64,000 bases of DNA, taken from Haliotis rubra (taxonomy: Eukaryota). Location of the stretch: contig NW_025767546.1 in the NCBI RefSeq assembly GCF_003918875.1, forward strand, positions 744,001-808,000. Reading direction: 5' to 3'. Every line of letters begins with the position of its first letter. Within the stretch, counting starts at the first letter, position 1. The notes under the pieces were generated by a model. It was not told the DNA's origin and searched no databases. It worked only from the letters and a program-made list of their open reading frames with translations. The translations under genes were made by a program, and so were the position numbers. Shown here one piece after another: positions 17,753 through 36,900 of this stretch.

Positions 17753-19522
17753 CGATGTTTAATACAATACATCATACAAGCATACATAACCAAAGTATAT
17801 CTTTCATATTGTCATTTAAAAAACAGTGACTGGGAAACTGTTTCTCTTGTATTTTATATCCATAATGAATCACCCATCATTTCTCTTTCTCATGACAGTG
17901 GTAGCTTAAGATTACCCTTGTGATAAACCTGATTTTTGGTGACCTATACTGCCTTGGTGGCAGTGTGAATATTGCTGAGTGCGGCGTTAAACAACAAAGA
18001 ATACAGCTAAAGGTCTTGGTACTATAGACCATCAAAGCGGTGTATTTTAATTTGCATGACGCCCTCAATATGTTATGGGTTGTACCACGGATGGACTTCT
18101 GAGTCAAAACCACAAGAATGGTGAAGAAAGAAGAAATCACGCCCTCATGTTGCTTAAGATGATGTATTTGTGCCAATGCTGGGCATACACTGAAAATTGT
18201 GGACAGACTCATTTAATTCATTGCATATTTCAAATGTATATTTTAATGCAAAATCGTTTCGCATGGGAAGTGACTGGTCCTTAGCAAGAAAGAGAAAGTC
18301 TTTTTTTCACGTCTCAGGTTTGCCGATTTCACCCAAGCTAAGGAAGGTTGCTCCTAAGGGAGGCCCTCCTCTGAAACACTGAGCATGTACTGGATTGTTG
18401 TGGCACTTGGTTTGGTCCACACTCATTTCTGTACCGTCTAGCAGCACGATGCCCTCAACAATGTTAACATTGATATTGAGTCCATGTCCAGCTTCAGTAG
18501 CTCGTTTGAGAAAACTGGAATTCCTTGTCCCATCATGATCCTTGACATTCGATTAAATGTTCATCTAGAGGTGAATCATTAACACCTGTTAAATATGTCA
18601 CTCAATTTAGAGGTCTGGATGTGTGTGCCTGTCTAGTTTAAAGTTTAAGTGCATCAGGTATGTGTTTTCAGACATCTGAAATCGTCACATGGGATGGGTA
18701 TAGCACGTACTCTCGAAGCGAGTAAATAGCTAGAGGAATAGCCAAGCACATAGGACAAGGTAAGGGTCGGACATGAAGGACATGAAGTTGATGTCCAAAC
18801 ATAATGTACTGCTTAAGGTACTTTGAGACTTTCTGTTTTATAGGCATACTGTTTACTGGAGATTGCATATACTTTCAAATCGGATAGGTAGTTAGAAGAA
18901 TGGGGCTTTCCGGTTTTCGTCCAGCTTTTTCCATTTGACCATAAGTACATTTATATTGGCATTTCCAGCGTATTCTGGATTTAGGTTGTGAACGTTGCAG
19001 TAACTCAAACCGACATCAACACGCTTGAAAGTCATGTAATGATTTCTGTTGCCAACTTGAACTGGCCGCGAAAGACTCGCCTCTGTTTATGAAGTGCTTA
19101 CAAACACTTTTCTGTCTGACCAGGAAGCTGGTCAATCATGGCGATTCTTAAAGAACTATTCTTTCATTGGAATTCTAATGCGCATTCTAACCATACAGAA
19201 CTGGATTGACACTCAATCGATGAAGTGTCTTGCCTAAAGGGCAACATGCAGGTCGGACATTTAATCCTTTGACAGCGGCTTTCCAAACGCAGTGTACTGC
19301 TTTAGCCGCACTTACAACTTGAACGTATCCTTTCAAAGAATAAAGGGCCTCACGCATTAGTTTATATGATTTTATTTGAAAAACATGTACAGCTATCAAG
19401 GCCAAAAGACCAGGTGTGATAATTTACAATGTACTTGCTGATGTATGAACAGGCTAACTGAAACTCAGGTGAGTGAATGCTGACTGACTAGAGTCGGTTT
19501 ATCATTGTCCTGATGCAAGTCC

Positions 19523-22615
<3,093 letters not shown>

Positions 22616-25600
22616 GCTGGAAGGGAAATGAACACATGTTAACATTGGAGAAACTGAGGATTGATTACGTGATTTAAATATCAAACTTCTTTCAAGACTC
22701 GCTTTTGGTTTGTTCACGTAAAGAAATGAAACTATCAGCGAAACCGAAATAAATATTGGTATGACGGTCGGCTTTGTTCATATGAGCTTTTACTGATTTT
22801 GCCATTCGTTGTATCTCGTAAATTTAACACCAGTGACGGTGATGAGGTTGGCAGGAGTAAATCTACATCAAGGAATGCGGCTTTGCTATCTGTAGGAATA
22901 TTTGGGCATTCAGCGCCATTAACTGTCTGCTACAGAACACATAGACTATGAAATAAATTGAAACTACGTTTTTAGAATATTAGACTTAAGCAGACATGGT
23001 GGAGAACGAGTTTGACCTCCCTTGGGTTGTGACACTCGGCACTATTCACTGGTTCCAGTAATTCTAAGCTGATTAGTGACTACGAATGGAGATTTTGTTA
23101 TCATTAGAAGTATCTGAAACAGTAGGATGACGGATCAAATACAGCAAATTGACAAATATATTGTTAAATAAAACATTTGCTTACAATTTTACCTGTGCAT
23201 TTCTTTTTCCCTGTCACGTAAATGGTCTATGGACAGGTTACACTGTAGTGGATTTCGGTACATAAAACCAAGAATAGCTAGGTTGATTATCCATTTTTGT
23301 CTCATATCTGACTTTCTTTTGTCTGGTAACGTCTCTTCTTAGTTGAGTTGCAAGCAACAAATGGCAGCCACATACTACAGATATCTGGTATATCTAGTAC
23401 ATGCTTCAGCAAAAATACTTTTAAATGCTGCTGTAGCCTACTCACATGCAGTTCGGGTGAAAAGGTTGATAATTAAACACAGCGCCAGTATAAAGCCTAC
23501 ATACTGACCACACGTACATTTACTGCTAATGTCATGGAGTCCAATAACTTACAGATGTTAAAGGCACCAAACATACAAATTAAAATAATCCTTGAATGGG
23601 AACTCCTCACCAAAATGTTTCAGACCATATCTATTCATACAGAACAGCTACATGTAGTGATAAGTTTAAAGATGGTCATTAAGTGGTTGGTGCAACTCTT
23701 ACCTCACAGACTGCAGGTTTTCCTGTGTGGAGACTGGGACCGTGAGAGAAGGAGTGAGTGCTAGGAACACACTGGCCCACGTTTATATACCAAGTTACCT
23801 TAGAGTTACCGTCTTATCTCCTAGTCCGCTTAAGTACCGTCCTAGTTACACCATCACTACGTGAAATCTGTTGAAGCCAAAAGGTTGATAAGGGATAAAT
23901 TCATAACACAATGCATCATTATAAATATAATCTCATTCATACAGGGATAATACTGGCGGTGTCCCCAGATTCATAATCCCATGAAAGAAGACCCAGAGGG
24001 CCTCGGATCCCGTTGAACACTGGGATCTTTCCATTCTACCCCTTGTATTCAAATCTAATACACATGTTTACAACAGCCGTGATCAGTACAATGTTTGAAC
24101 ACATCTGCCACACAGGTACTATACACTGTGAGCTACTACCAGCATCTGGCTAATGTTTGTTTCACCTTTTCTACTTTCATGCAAATTATAGTTGGAAGGG
24201 TTTTCAGTGCAAGACATATTAGCACATGTTGTTTACGTCGGTGTTTGTTCTGCTGTTAAAATATTACCAAGTTGGCATTTTTGTTATTGTTTGTGAGTGA
24301 GTGAGTGAGTGAGTGAGTGAGTATGGTTTTACGCCGCTTTTAGCAATATTCCTGCAGTAATCAATAACCACTTCAGTTTGTTTAGGTTAACGTAAGTATT
24401 CACTGATATTCAGATGTTAACCGACGTGAATCACTCCTGATTTCATAGCATTTCTAATATGTAACTGACGTCTGCTTGGTTTATCTTAAACGAGAGTCTT
24501 GGGTATGACTGATTCAGTACCAATGGCATGTGAGCTACAGGCAGGCCACACCCCTGACATTAGCAACATCACTGGTGGAAACGCTACTGGTTATTTTCTG
24601 CAGATGGTGTCACTATGTTTTCACGTACTCCAAATGAGTTTAGCATTCCAGTTAGCAAAAGCAGTATATTTCAATTTCGTGGTGAATTACGTGATTAAGA
24701 CATTTCTCAGGTAAATATTATTTCAATAAATATCCTTGGTAATGATAAATACATACTGTTTGATAGATAAAGTATCTCGTATACCTTTGTTATGTTTTTC
24801 ATTCAAACACAAATTTTCTCAAAGACCGAATTTATCACTGTACACTCGCTTTCAGAGCGTTTTCTGTCTATTTGCAGAGTCGTTGAAAATGGGCATATCA
24901 TCTGCAAATAATAATATAATCATGTGTCATGAATAAATATTTATTATTTTACACGCAGTATTTTGCATATATAATTGAAGGTTTTCAGTGAAAACAACAA
25001 CATGAGAAAAGAGATAATATGTCCCCTTGCATTAATCCAGGTTTATGAACAAAACCATCAGTGAAGGTATGTCAATATTTTATACAAATTTTGATGTTGT
25101 ACCGATGTTGAAGTCCAGTAACGAACCGAAATTAAACAACTGTGGAGCAAAGTTAACAGTCTTAAACTGGTAAAACCCAGATTGCCTTTAAGCCCCCTTC
25201 ACAGCGTATTAGTGAAAATACCATGTACCCCTATGTACAAGGGAAGCTACTCTTCCCGCTTTACCGAACACGTTTGTATTCCTTTCGTTCAAAAACATCT
25301 CACAGGTATACTGCGGATCGACCAAGGCTGGTTGGATAATAGACGATCGTTAATATCCACATAACGACTTGCATCCTTTCAACACAGCACACTGACTTAT
25401 ATACTCTTCAAAACAAAGGCTGAACTTTCAATTTGGAAGTATAAGCGTTAGAAACAAACTTTTCAAAAACAGACATCTTATGAACGCACCGCCATTTCTC
25501 TTTATCACCACCCCAAAACACAACGCATGGGATGCACGTGCACAACGCAGTAGCCCCATACACGTGTATCTGGTGTCATTCTTGATCTTGACACACTCAG

Positions 25601-25714
25601 GGACTCGGAAACTCGGTTTCTCTTTTAAATAATCCGTAGTGCATCTCCCATCATTTCTATTTCTCCTGACAGTGATTGCTTTAGATGACTCTTGTGGTAA
25701 GCCTGCACTACCAT

Positions 25715-26895
25715 GTTTTAGAATCATATTGCAATAAATACCAGTTTAGTGTTAATTTTGATAAGACTAAAGTGGTTGTTTTCAAGAATAGGGTTATCTC
25801 CCGAGAAGGGAAAAAGTGTATTATGGACAGAAATGACTCGAGTGCGAGCCATTGTGGGATACGCATACCAAAAATGCGGCTTCCCGGGCTAGGAAAGTTC
25901 TGTTAGACATATCAAGGATATTACATAGATTTAACCCAGTTCCGTTTCAAATTATTCTTTAGGATATTTGATACTAAAATTATGCCTACTTTCCTGTATA
26001 GGTCTGAGGTTTGGGGTTTAGATAGTGTAACAAATATAGAAACCATTCATATTTTTGCATGTAAACGCTTCCTTGGAGTGAAGACACCAACTTACACAGT
26101 ATTGGGTGATTGTGACAGATACCCTTTGCATATTTTTGCATTTAAACGTTATATAATTTTTGGATTAGATTATTATATATGCCTAATCTAAGCTATCCAA
26201 AGAAGTGTTATAACATTTTTTTACAATCAGCTAATAATGGCAAAAATAATTGGGTTTCCATGTAAAGAACTTGTTGTTTTGACTTGGATTTGGCTATGTA
26301 TGGGAGTCACAAACAGTAAGTTGTAAAGAATCCTTTATAGCAGAACTTAAGGCAAGATTAAAATGTTCGTTTGGACAGGACTGGCACTCCTCTCTTTTCA
26401 GCAGTTCTCAAACTAAAAATTATACTTTCTTCAAAGGTACCTTTGGAAATGAATTATACCTCAAACGACTAACAACTCCAAAAAATTCCGAGTGGCAATG
26501 GCTCAGTTTGGTTGCCGTTCTCTTGGACTCAGAATAGAAACAGGCAGATATGTTAATACTCCTGTAGATACAGGAGCGTGCACTGTGTGTAATGAAGGCT
26601 ACATCGGAGATGAATACCATTGATGGTTTGTGTCCGGTATAAAACACTGCGTGAGAAGTACATACGTACTAAGCATACCCAACGCGTAACAAATATAATA
26701 TGCTTTTGGCATCAACGGATGTTAATGTTGTTAGATAGCCGGTCATGCATATTTATTATGCAATTTGCTTCAGAATAACTTGTTGATGAATTATTATTCC
26801 ATACAGATATATTTTCATATACGTTATATGTTGACTGACTACCTGTACGAACATGGGCCGTAGGCTTACATTCTTCATGAATAAAGATCTATCTA
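25715..26895 (+). mobile_element. 5'-truncated LINE (CR1/L2-group-like RT C-terminal region)
   Basis: Frameshifted translation SVNFDKTKVVVF...FDTKIMPTFLYRSEVWG...FACKRFLGV...LGFGYVW is typical of LINE ORF2 ends; finishes with AATAAAGATCTATCTA. Confidence 0.85.
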
Positions 26896-26899
26896 ATGA

Positions 26900-28290
26900 C
26901 ACAGTCATAAACCCGAGGCAGTTGCCATCCAGAGAGCCTACCCTGGAAAGAGTGAGCCCGTGCTGATGTGTTATGTCACTTCGCCAAGAAGCACAGAGCC
27001 ATCAACATAATCAAAATTGACATTGAGATTAGCTCGGATTTACCAGACTGGGGAGTGCTTGTTTTCATCCCGAGCCGTGGCTTGCTTCGAAAGAAAATCA
27101 TCAGACAAATACATGTTTGCGAATGTTCACAGTATTTTCCTGTCATTACTTTACTCAAATGAAGCCTTCCTTACATATATTTAATAAATGTGAGCGAAAC
27201 AGGGAAGAGCGAGGGTGGGAACTATTGTCCTGAACTCTTCCTGTGAGGATGTTAAATGTCTTGTGTGGCCTAATCACCAAAACCAAAAGAATACAAAATC
27301 ACGGGAGCATCGTGGTTGTGGCAATTGTGGCTTTGAGTTTATTGCAAGCATGCAGTTCTGAACTTCAGATTTCTGCCCGAAGTTTGTCATTCTTGACTTT
27401 GATCACAGTAAGTGCTCATCAAGAAGGGACTGTCATCATTAAACTGTCTCCTGTTACTGGCTGAACCACGCTCCTACAATAGTATGGGTGGGTGAGAGCA
27501 TGCGACCATCTTGTCCAACTGGACAAATCGAGCGTTCATTGTTGAATCCGGAAGTGCCTGAAAGGTATTGTCTTACTGTGGTATTTTGAGACTTTTTGTT
27601 TCAAGGGCACATTGTTTTACAAAAATGAGGTAAAGTCATAATCTGGAAGTGTATTCAAGTTTTATATTTTGTTTTTAATATATCTCGATGCATTTGCCTT
27701 TGTGGTTTGAAGGTTTTCTGCATTAGACATGTGTTTTCACAAGTCAGAAGTCGTCACAGGAGATGAGTATATACGTTCCAGAGGAAAGGACATTTCAAGT
27801 TTTTAACCAAATATTTTCATTTGATAGGAAGTGCATTGATATTGGCTTTGTGGAATGAAAGTGCTTTGTATTCTGGTTTGAAGTTGTGTACCTCAAACCT
27901 ATGGCATCATGCTTGAAGGACGTGCAAATGTATCTATCACCTTCTGTTTTAGCAGTGCAAGCAAGCACTTAAATTGTGTTTGACCAGTAAGACAGTCAAT
28001 CTTGGGGATTTTCCTCATTCCTATTCTTCAGTTGGAATTCTTATGCACATCCAAGCCGTGTACAACTGGATTGTTATGGCATTACAACCATTAGACATTT
28101 ACCAAAGACATAGGGCAAGGTGCCGGTAGGACATGCAGGACTTTGACAGCTGATTTCCAAACAAAATGGAACTGCCTGGCTACGACTTCAACATATGACC
28201 AGTGTCCCGTTTGTCGTAGTCTCAGGAGACAGTGCCTCAGTTAGTAGCATTGGTGAATGATCACAACGGTTTACTCTTCTTCTCAAAGAA
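26900..28290 (-). pseudogene. Decayed unidentified protein-coding remnant, diverged paralogue of 10190-11340
   Basis: Blocks FHFVWKSAVKVLHVLPAPCPM, CHNNPVVHG, VHNFKPEY, NINALPIK, LNTLPDYDF and LNVNFDYVDGSVLL align in translation with the 10-11 kb region. Confidence 0.55.
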
Positions 28291-28471
28291 CATAGGACAT
28301 CACGAATTAGTTTATATGATTTTATTTGAAAACATGTACAACTACCAAGGTCAAAAGACCTCGTGTGATAATTTACAATGTACTTGCTGATGTATGAACA
28401 GGCTAACTGAAACTCAGGTGAGTGAATGCTGACTGACTAGAGTCGGTTTATCATTGTCCTGATGCAAGTCC

Positions 28472-31476
<3,005 letters not shown>

Positions 31477-31929
31477 GCTGTAAGGGAAACAGCGATATAT
31501 TTAACACAGAACAAATAAAGGACTTTTGCATGATTATAAGTTCAGCCTTCTATCAACTTGAGCTAGCAACGGAGGCAAGAGGGCCATAAGGAAAACATCC
31601 AGAAGTCAGCACTGAACTGAACATTGACACATGTTATCAGCTCCTTTCATGCAAGGATGAATGAACTCCCAATCAAGTGTCGATCGAACGCGACATTGCT
31701 CCACCTAACGCCTACCTCCAACTTTCCACCCGGATCGGATTACCCGAAACAAGATATCAAACTTGGTACCTTGCCAAACTGGTAATCGTATGAAGCGCAA
31801 TCGGGTGTGAAAACACCATGGCTATAATCTGTGTTGAGCCACGGAACCCAGTCAAAGCAGTTGGTCGCTGCCGTGTTGCAAGGTCAAGAACAGTTCAATG
31901 TCTTGCCATGCATCGTTGTCTGTCCACTA

Positions 31930-31937
31930 TGACGTCA
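31930..31937. promoter_or_regulatory. CRE (TGACGTCA) upstream of tektin copy 4
   Basis: Positionally conserved with 2283-2290. Confidence 0.45.
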
Positions 31938-33627
31938 TGACCAATATTTCTGTAGCAAGTTTTAAGAGTATCAATCTTCAGGTCTATAGTTGATCCCGCT
32001 TACTGCGAAGGTAATCACTGGTCGTTGGACTTACCGAGTAATCCAGCCTTTTGTTACAAATTATTCAAGACGAGGATTACAGGATAAACTATAAGACATG
32101 TGAGGTAATATTTGAGTACCTGTATTGTAAAGGGAAGCATCAATGTCCTCTAACGTTCAGTCTTGCTCGCTGATGACATGACAGTGATCATTCTCTTTTG
32201 GTTTGACAAAACAGTTTGGGTTATGCAAGTTACCTAATGAACTACATATAACGATTAATTAAATATAAAACAAGTATTATTAACACAGCGAAGAATGGCT
32301 CGGCTCGGTTCGCCCCTTTAACAAGTACTGTTTATGCCATTCACACTGTGGGCTGAGTAGAAGATAGTTGCCTGCTCATGGAACACACACAATGACCCGT
32401 ATTGATACTGTAGTTCTGGTATATACTGGTTATATTACACGGCACATTGGGCAAAGAAGGTGTATTGAAATCATGGTGGCGAATGAGAGTTACTTCCCTT
32501 TTTGACGTGGAGACAACATTAACTTGTGATAGGCGGCACTCTTCAATGGGTTCACCAATTCTAACTACGATTCACTTCACTTAACAACAACATAGGATTA
32601 AAGCATAGTTACAACCCTTTGCATGTCTTCAAGAGGGTTTGTGGTAATGCTCGCGGTGCATAATTTAATATTGTTAGGAACCTGATTGACTAACACTAGA
32701 GGTTTTTTATGGTCTTGAGTTGAGTTCCAACAATAGCCTGACTGACTGACTCGTGCATTCAACAGTCAATGTTTGTATTGGGGCAACATTGAGTAAACCG
32801 ATCGTACACGACTGAATTGTTGAGACTGAAAGCAGGGGCAGGGGTTAGCGCTAATCCGTGACGAAATGAAATAAGAGAGATCTAATCTGGCGTATGTATA
32901 ACGTGAGTGGCTTCGACTTGAGAACAGTGTGTACTCTTGCGTTGTCACACCAGAGATTCATTTACAGGAATTTAGATGTGAAATGTATCAATGGCCATTA
33001 CCCAGTTTTCATGTATATATAACGAGAAAAGTATTATATAAACTATGCTTTTGTGATACATTCCCACACATATGCAATTTATCACGAAATTGATGATACT
33101 AGTGTGATCAATAGCAGATCAATTTGATCGCTGAATAATTCACGTAGTATCGATCATGCTGACATGTGTACTGCTCAGTAAACAAGGACGGGTATTGATT
33201 ATGTATGTAAGAAACGTCCTGAACATGCTTTCAAAGTTGTTCTACCACTTTACAAAGTTAGCAGTCAATGTTTGCTTCGCTCAGCCAGACCAGCGTTAAG
33301 GCCAGGCTGTCCTTATTCACTTTCCTTTTGTTGGTAAACATTTCCGTTTTGTGTCATTCTAAAGACTTAATTACCCTAGGTATGGGCTATGTGTAACTAT
33401 GACCATTGTGCCGAGGTGACCACGGGACAGATGCCATGTGGGAATGACCACAGGTACAGCTTTGTTGCTAAACAAGACGCGATGTTAATGTCACTCCAGG
33501 CAGTCAGATCGATTTCTTTGAATTACCACACACTTGATGTATCTTTTGAGATGATCATTGTCCGGGAATTGGTGGTGAGGGTGGTGGGAGTATGACGAGG
33601 GGGTAGGCGGAGGGGGGTCGGATAGGG

Positions 33628-33918
33628 CTGACTGACTGACTGAGTTTAGTTTTACGTCGCTTTTAGCAATAATCCAGCAATATCACGGCGGGGGACACCA
33701 GAAATGGGCTTCACACATTGTGCCCATGTGGGTGGAGAGGGAACAATCAATAATATTAGTGAGTATGGTTTTACGCCGCTTTTAGCAATATTTCAGCAAG
33801 ATCGCGACGAAAGACACTTGAAATAGGCTTAACACATTTGTACTAATGTGGGGAATCGAGCCCGGGTCTTCGGCGTAACGAGCGAATGCTTTAACCACTA
33901 CACTACCCCACCTTCCCC
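33628..33918 (-). mobile_element. Two adjacent tRNA-derived SINEs (one truncated, one near full-length at 33758-33918)
   Basis: Minus strand reads GGGGAAGGTGGGGTAGTGTAGTGGTTAAAGC...CCCGGGCTCGATTCCCC (tRNA-like A/B boxes) with a tetranucleotide tail; 3' fragments also at about 1955-2020, 24295-24360 and 42235-42290. Confidence 0.8.
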
Positions 33919-36900
33919 ATCAGTAAAAAAATTAGTGATAAAATACTAGTTATTAATTGGTTCGAGATTGATTCATATAGACTTCAGATGATAGGTTTTG
34001 CCTATATACGGACTAATTGCACCTCCATTGGAAATAGTACGGAGTCAAAATAGGAACGTAACATGTTTTTGGAAAACATTCTCGAATAGGAACCCCTCAC
34101 CAAAATGTTTCAGAATGTATACAATTAAATAACACATAATCCAGTTGTCAGAATGATCCACAAAAGTATTTACAGCTGCAGAAAATCTGCAGGTATGGTT
34201 GGATTTAAGCACAATGTTCACAGGTTGGTTGGTGCCACTCTTACCTGACAGGCTACAGGTTTTCCTTGTTGAGGCTGGAGTTTGAGGGAGTGAGTGCTAG
34301 AGACATACTGGCCCACGTTTATATACCAAGTTACCTTAGAGTTACCGTCTAATCTCCTAGTCCGCTTAACGACAGGCCTAACTACACCGTCACTGCGTGA
34401 AATCTGGCTTAAGCAAAACAGTTGATATGGGATTAATTCATAACACAATGCATTTTCATCTTTCTGATACAGAAATAATACCGCCGATGTCCATAACATG
34501 GCGTAAGTAACAGTTTAGAGTATGAAGCCAGCCATATCATTGGCCCCGGTATAAATAGCCCGCGATATCGAGGCAACGATCTAACAAAGCCCTAGTCCGT
34601 CAGCAAGCAAGTCACACACTAACGCTCGGCACCTTCCATAGCCAGACGCTACCGTCTCTTTACCAGGTGAGTTCAACATGCCTTATTACTCTAAATTTTA
34701 TGAATTATTGATATTTGAATTACTTTACGCATGGATTAATGTTGTAAGGCTAAAAGCTCTGTGTTAGATTTAATGACAGTTCCCCATTTCACGCCACAAA
34801 CCCATAGCAACCAGACGCCATGTCCTTAGCAACCGAACTCTAACTGATTTATTTAATTTCATAACTTTTTTAAACTGCTTAAGTTAATTGAATATGTTTT
34901 CAGGTAATATTTGTTTCTTATGTGAGTAACTGGATAAATATGTTTTTGCTTATTAATATTGGAAAGATAATACACACTGCGAGGATCATATGTTCGTCTA
35001 AGGTGAACTCCCGTATGGCCAACAGATATTTCAGTCCATGATTGTGGGTAGACATTAGACAGTAGATATATTAAATCTACAGTCATATATGAGTAGATCT
35101 CTGTTGAGTCAAATCAGATGCCATAAATACTAGGTGTAATCTCAGTGACTGAGATTCCTTAGTTATCTAACTTCGTTTTATCACTGTTATTTATGGGGGC
35201 TGCTCGGAGGTCTGTCGACAGTGACGACAGGATTTTTAAATGTCAAACTCTGTGTCTCCATGTCAAATGTTTTGTTAACTTTCATGACATGAGGTTGACG
35301 CTGATACTATCTAAAACTGCTTTCAGTGGGTAGATATGTATGTAAGCAAATAATATGTTATATTATCTGATCTCTCAGCTAGTTAAGCACTTCATTTCCT
35401 TGGTGATCCACTAAAGCCAGTTTTCAACTGAGATCAGTATCGCTGATTGTTCAGTACATATTCAGGAGACAAGGGTTAATAATTCACACAATCCTGTGTA
35501 TGTAAGCATTACACCTGATGTGTATATGATCAACTAACACAGTAAATCAAGGCCTGTGGTAGGTGACTGGTCGTTTGTCGGCCATCTGTGAAGTGGCTAG
35601 ATCTCCCAGTAGAGGATTAAATCTATTTGTTCGTGGGACTATACCCGTCAATACCTTTATTGATTTCTCTGATCAATATAACAATAGGTTATCTCCCTTA
35701 CATAATAGCGCCAATTGCATGCGATACACAAGTGACTGAGTACAGACACCCAGTCAAATGGCAATATGTTCAGGTTACACACAAGTCATGCACGACTCAT
35801 CTCAACCCTATGTACTTGTGACATGTATGCATCACTGTTGCCAGTTTGTTATCCCAAGTTTCTTGCTGCCTTTACGTTTCACCACAATCTACCACACCAC
35901 AATATATACAGAATAAAAAACAACTTAGGGATCATGGATATATTGTGGGAGTTTAATGGACATATGCTCTGTCATCACTACAAATAAATACCTATATATT
36001 TATAATCATTTTGTTCATCATGTGATCACATATATGATATATATGAAGAAGCCCCTCTGTTCTGTTCCATTTTTTTTCATCTATTTTCTGAACACAGTAA
36101 TCACGGGGTTTTTTCATTAAAATTCAAGAAGGGGATCTAAGTTGATTTTTTTTCAAAATTGTCAATAAACATACAGCGAAATATATTTTTGAAAAGATCA
36201 AATTACTTTGGCTACTCCAGGTACATACGAAGTCACTCGTATGTTATATATTTCCTTATTAATTATATATACATTCGCGGGGAAGTGTTTCGCTTACTGC
36301 CTCGTAGTGTGAATATAACAAGCCCTTTTGGTTGGCATCTGATCCTAACTGCTATCAAAATCCATTTCAATGTGACCAAGTCATGTTTTCTTACAATATA
36401 GAAAATACTCGTCTTTCAAGAAAGTCAGTCATGAACTCAGCATGTTTTATTCATATGTTAAACCCGTTGAAAAGACGCAAGAAAGGTAATCAACGAAAAT
36501 ACAAATTCTTAAAGCCCACAAAACGAAACCTACAATAGTGGCTGACTGTGTATGCCTGTCTGGCAATGTAGTGCTGGGGATGATGGCGACGCGGACCGCT
36601 GGTATCAACATTGGACAAGTATGTAGTGCTGAGGGTTTATTCACCTTATCATCATACTGAACATATGTAAGACAAGTACTGGTAAATCCATGCGAATGAA
36701 CCCTACCCTATTACTATATAGGGTAGGGTCCATACACCTTTATTTCTCTCAACGCTGTTTCTAAGCGAGACACGCCCCTGTGTGCGAATGTAAGAGTTGA
36801 AGTTTACGACCGCTTCCGACAATGCTGTTTTCGCACTCATAATACACGATACGTTGACAAAGGAGTCTAAAAGTCACCTAATGGCCACAATGACCCATCA

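Noticed and set aside
27700-28200. Faint resemblance of the decayed ORF to egg-coat ZP-N/VERL repeats
   Set aside because: Only a few scattered residues matched by eye; not supportable without a profile search.
33850-33918. tRNA gene
   Set aside because: The tRNA-like head continues into a SINE body and tail seen several times in the window.
36699-36730. ACCCTACCCTAT...ATAGGGTAGGGT palindrome, superficially telomere-like
   Set aside because: Short isolated hairpin, not a TTAGGG array; no supportable function.
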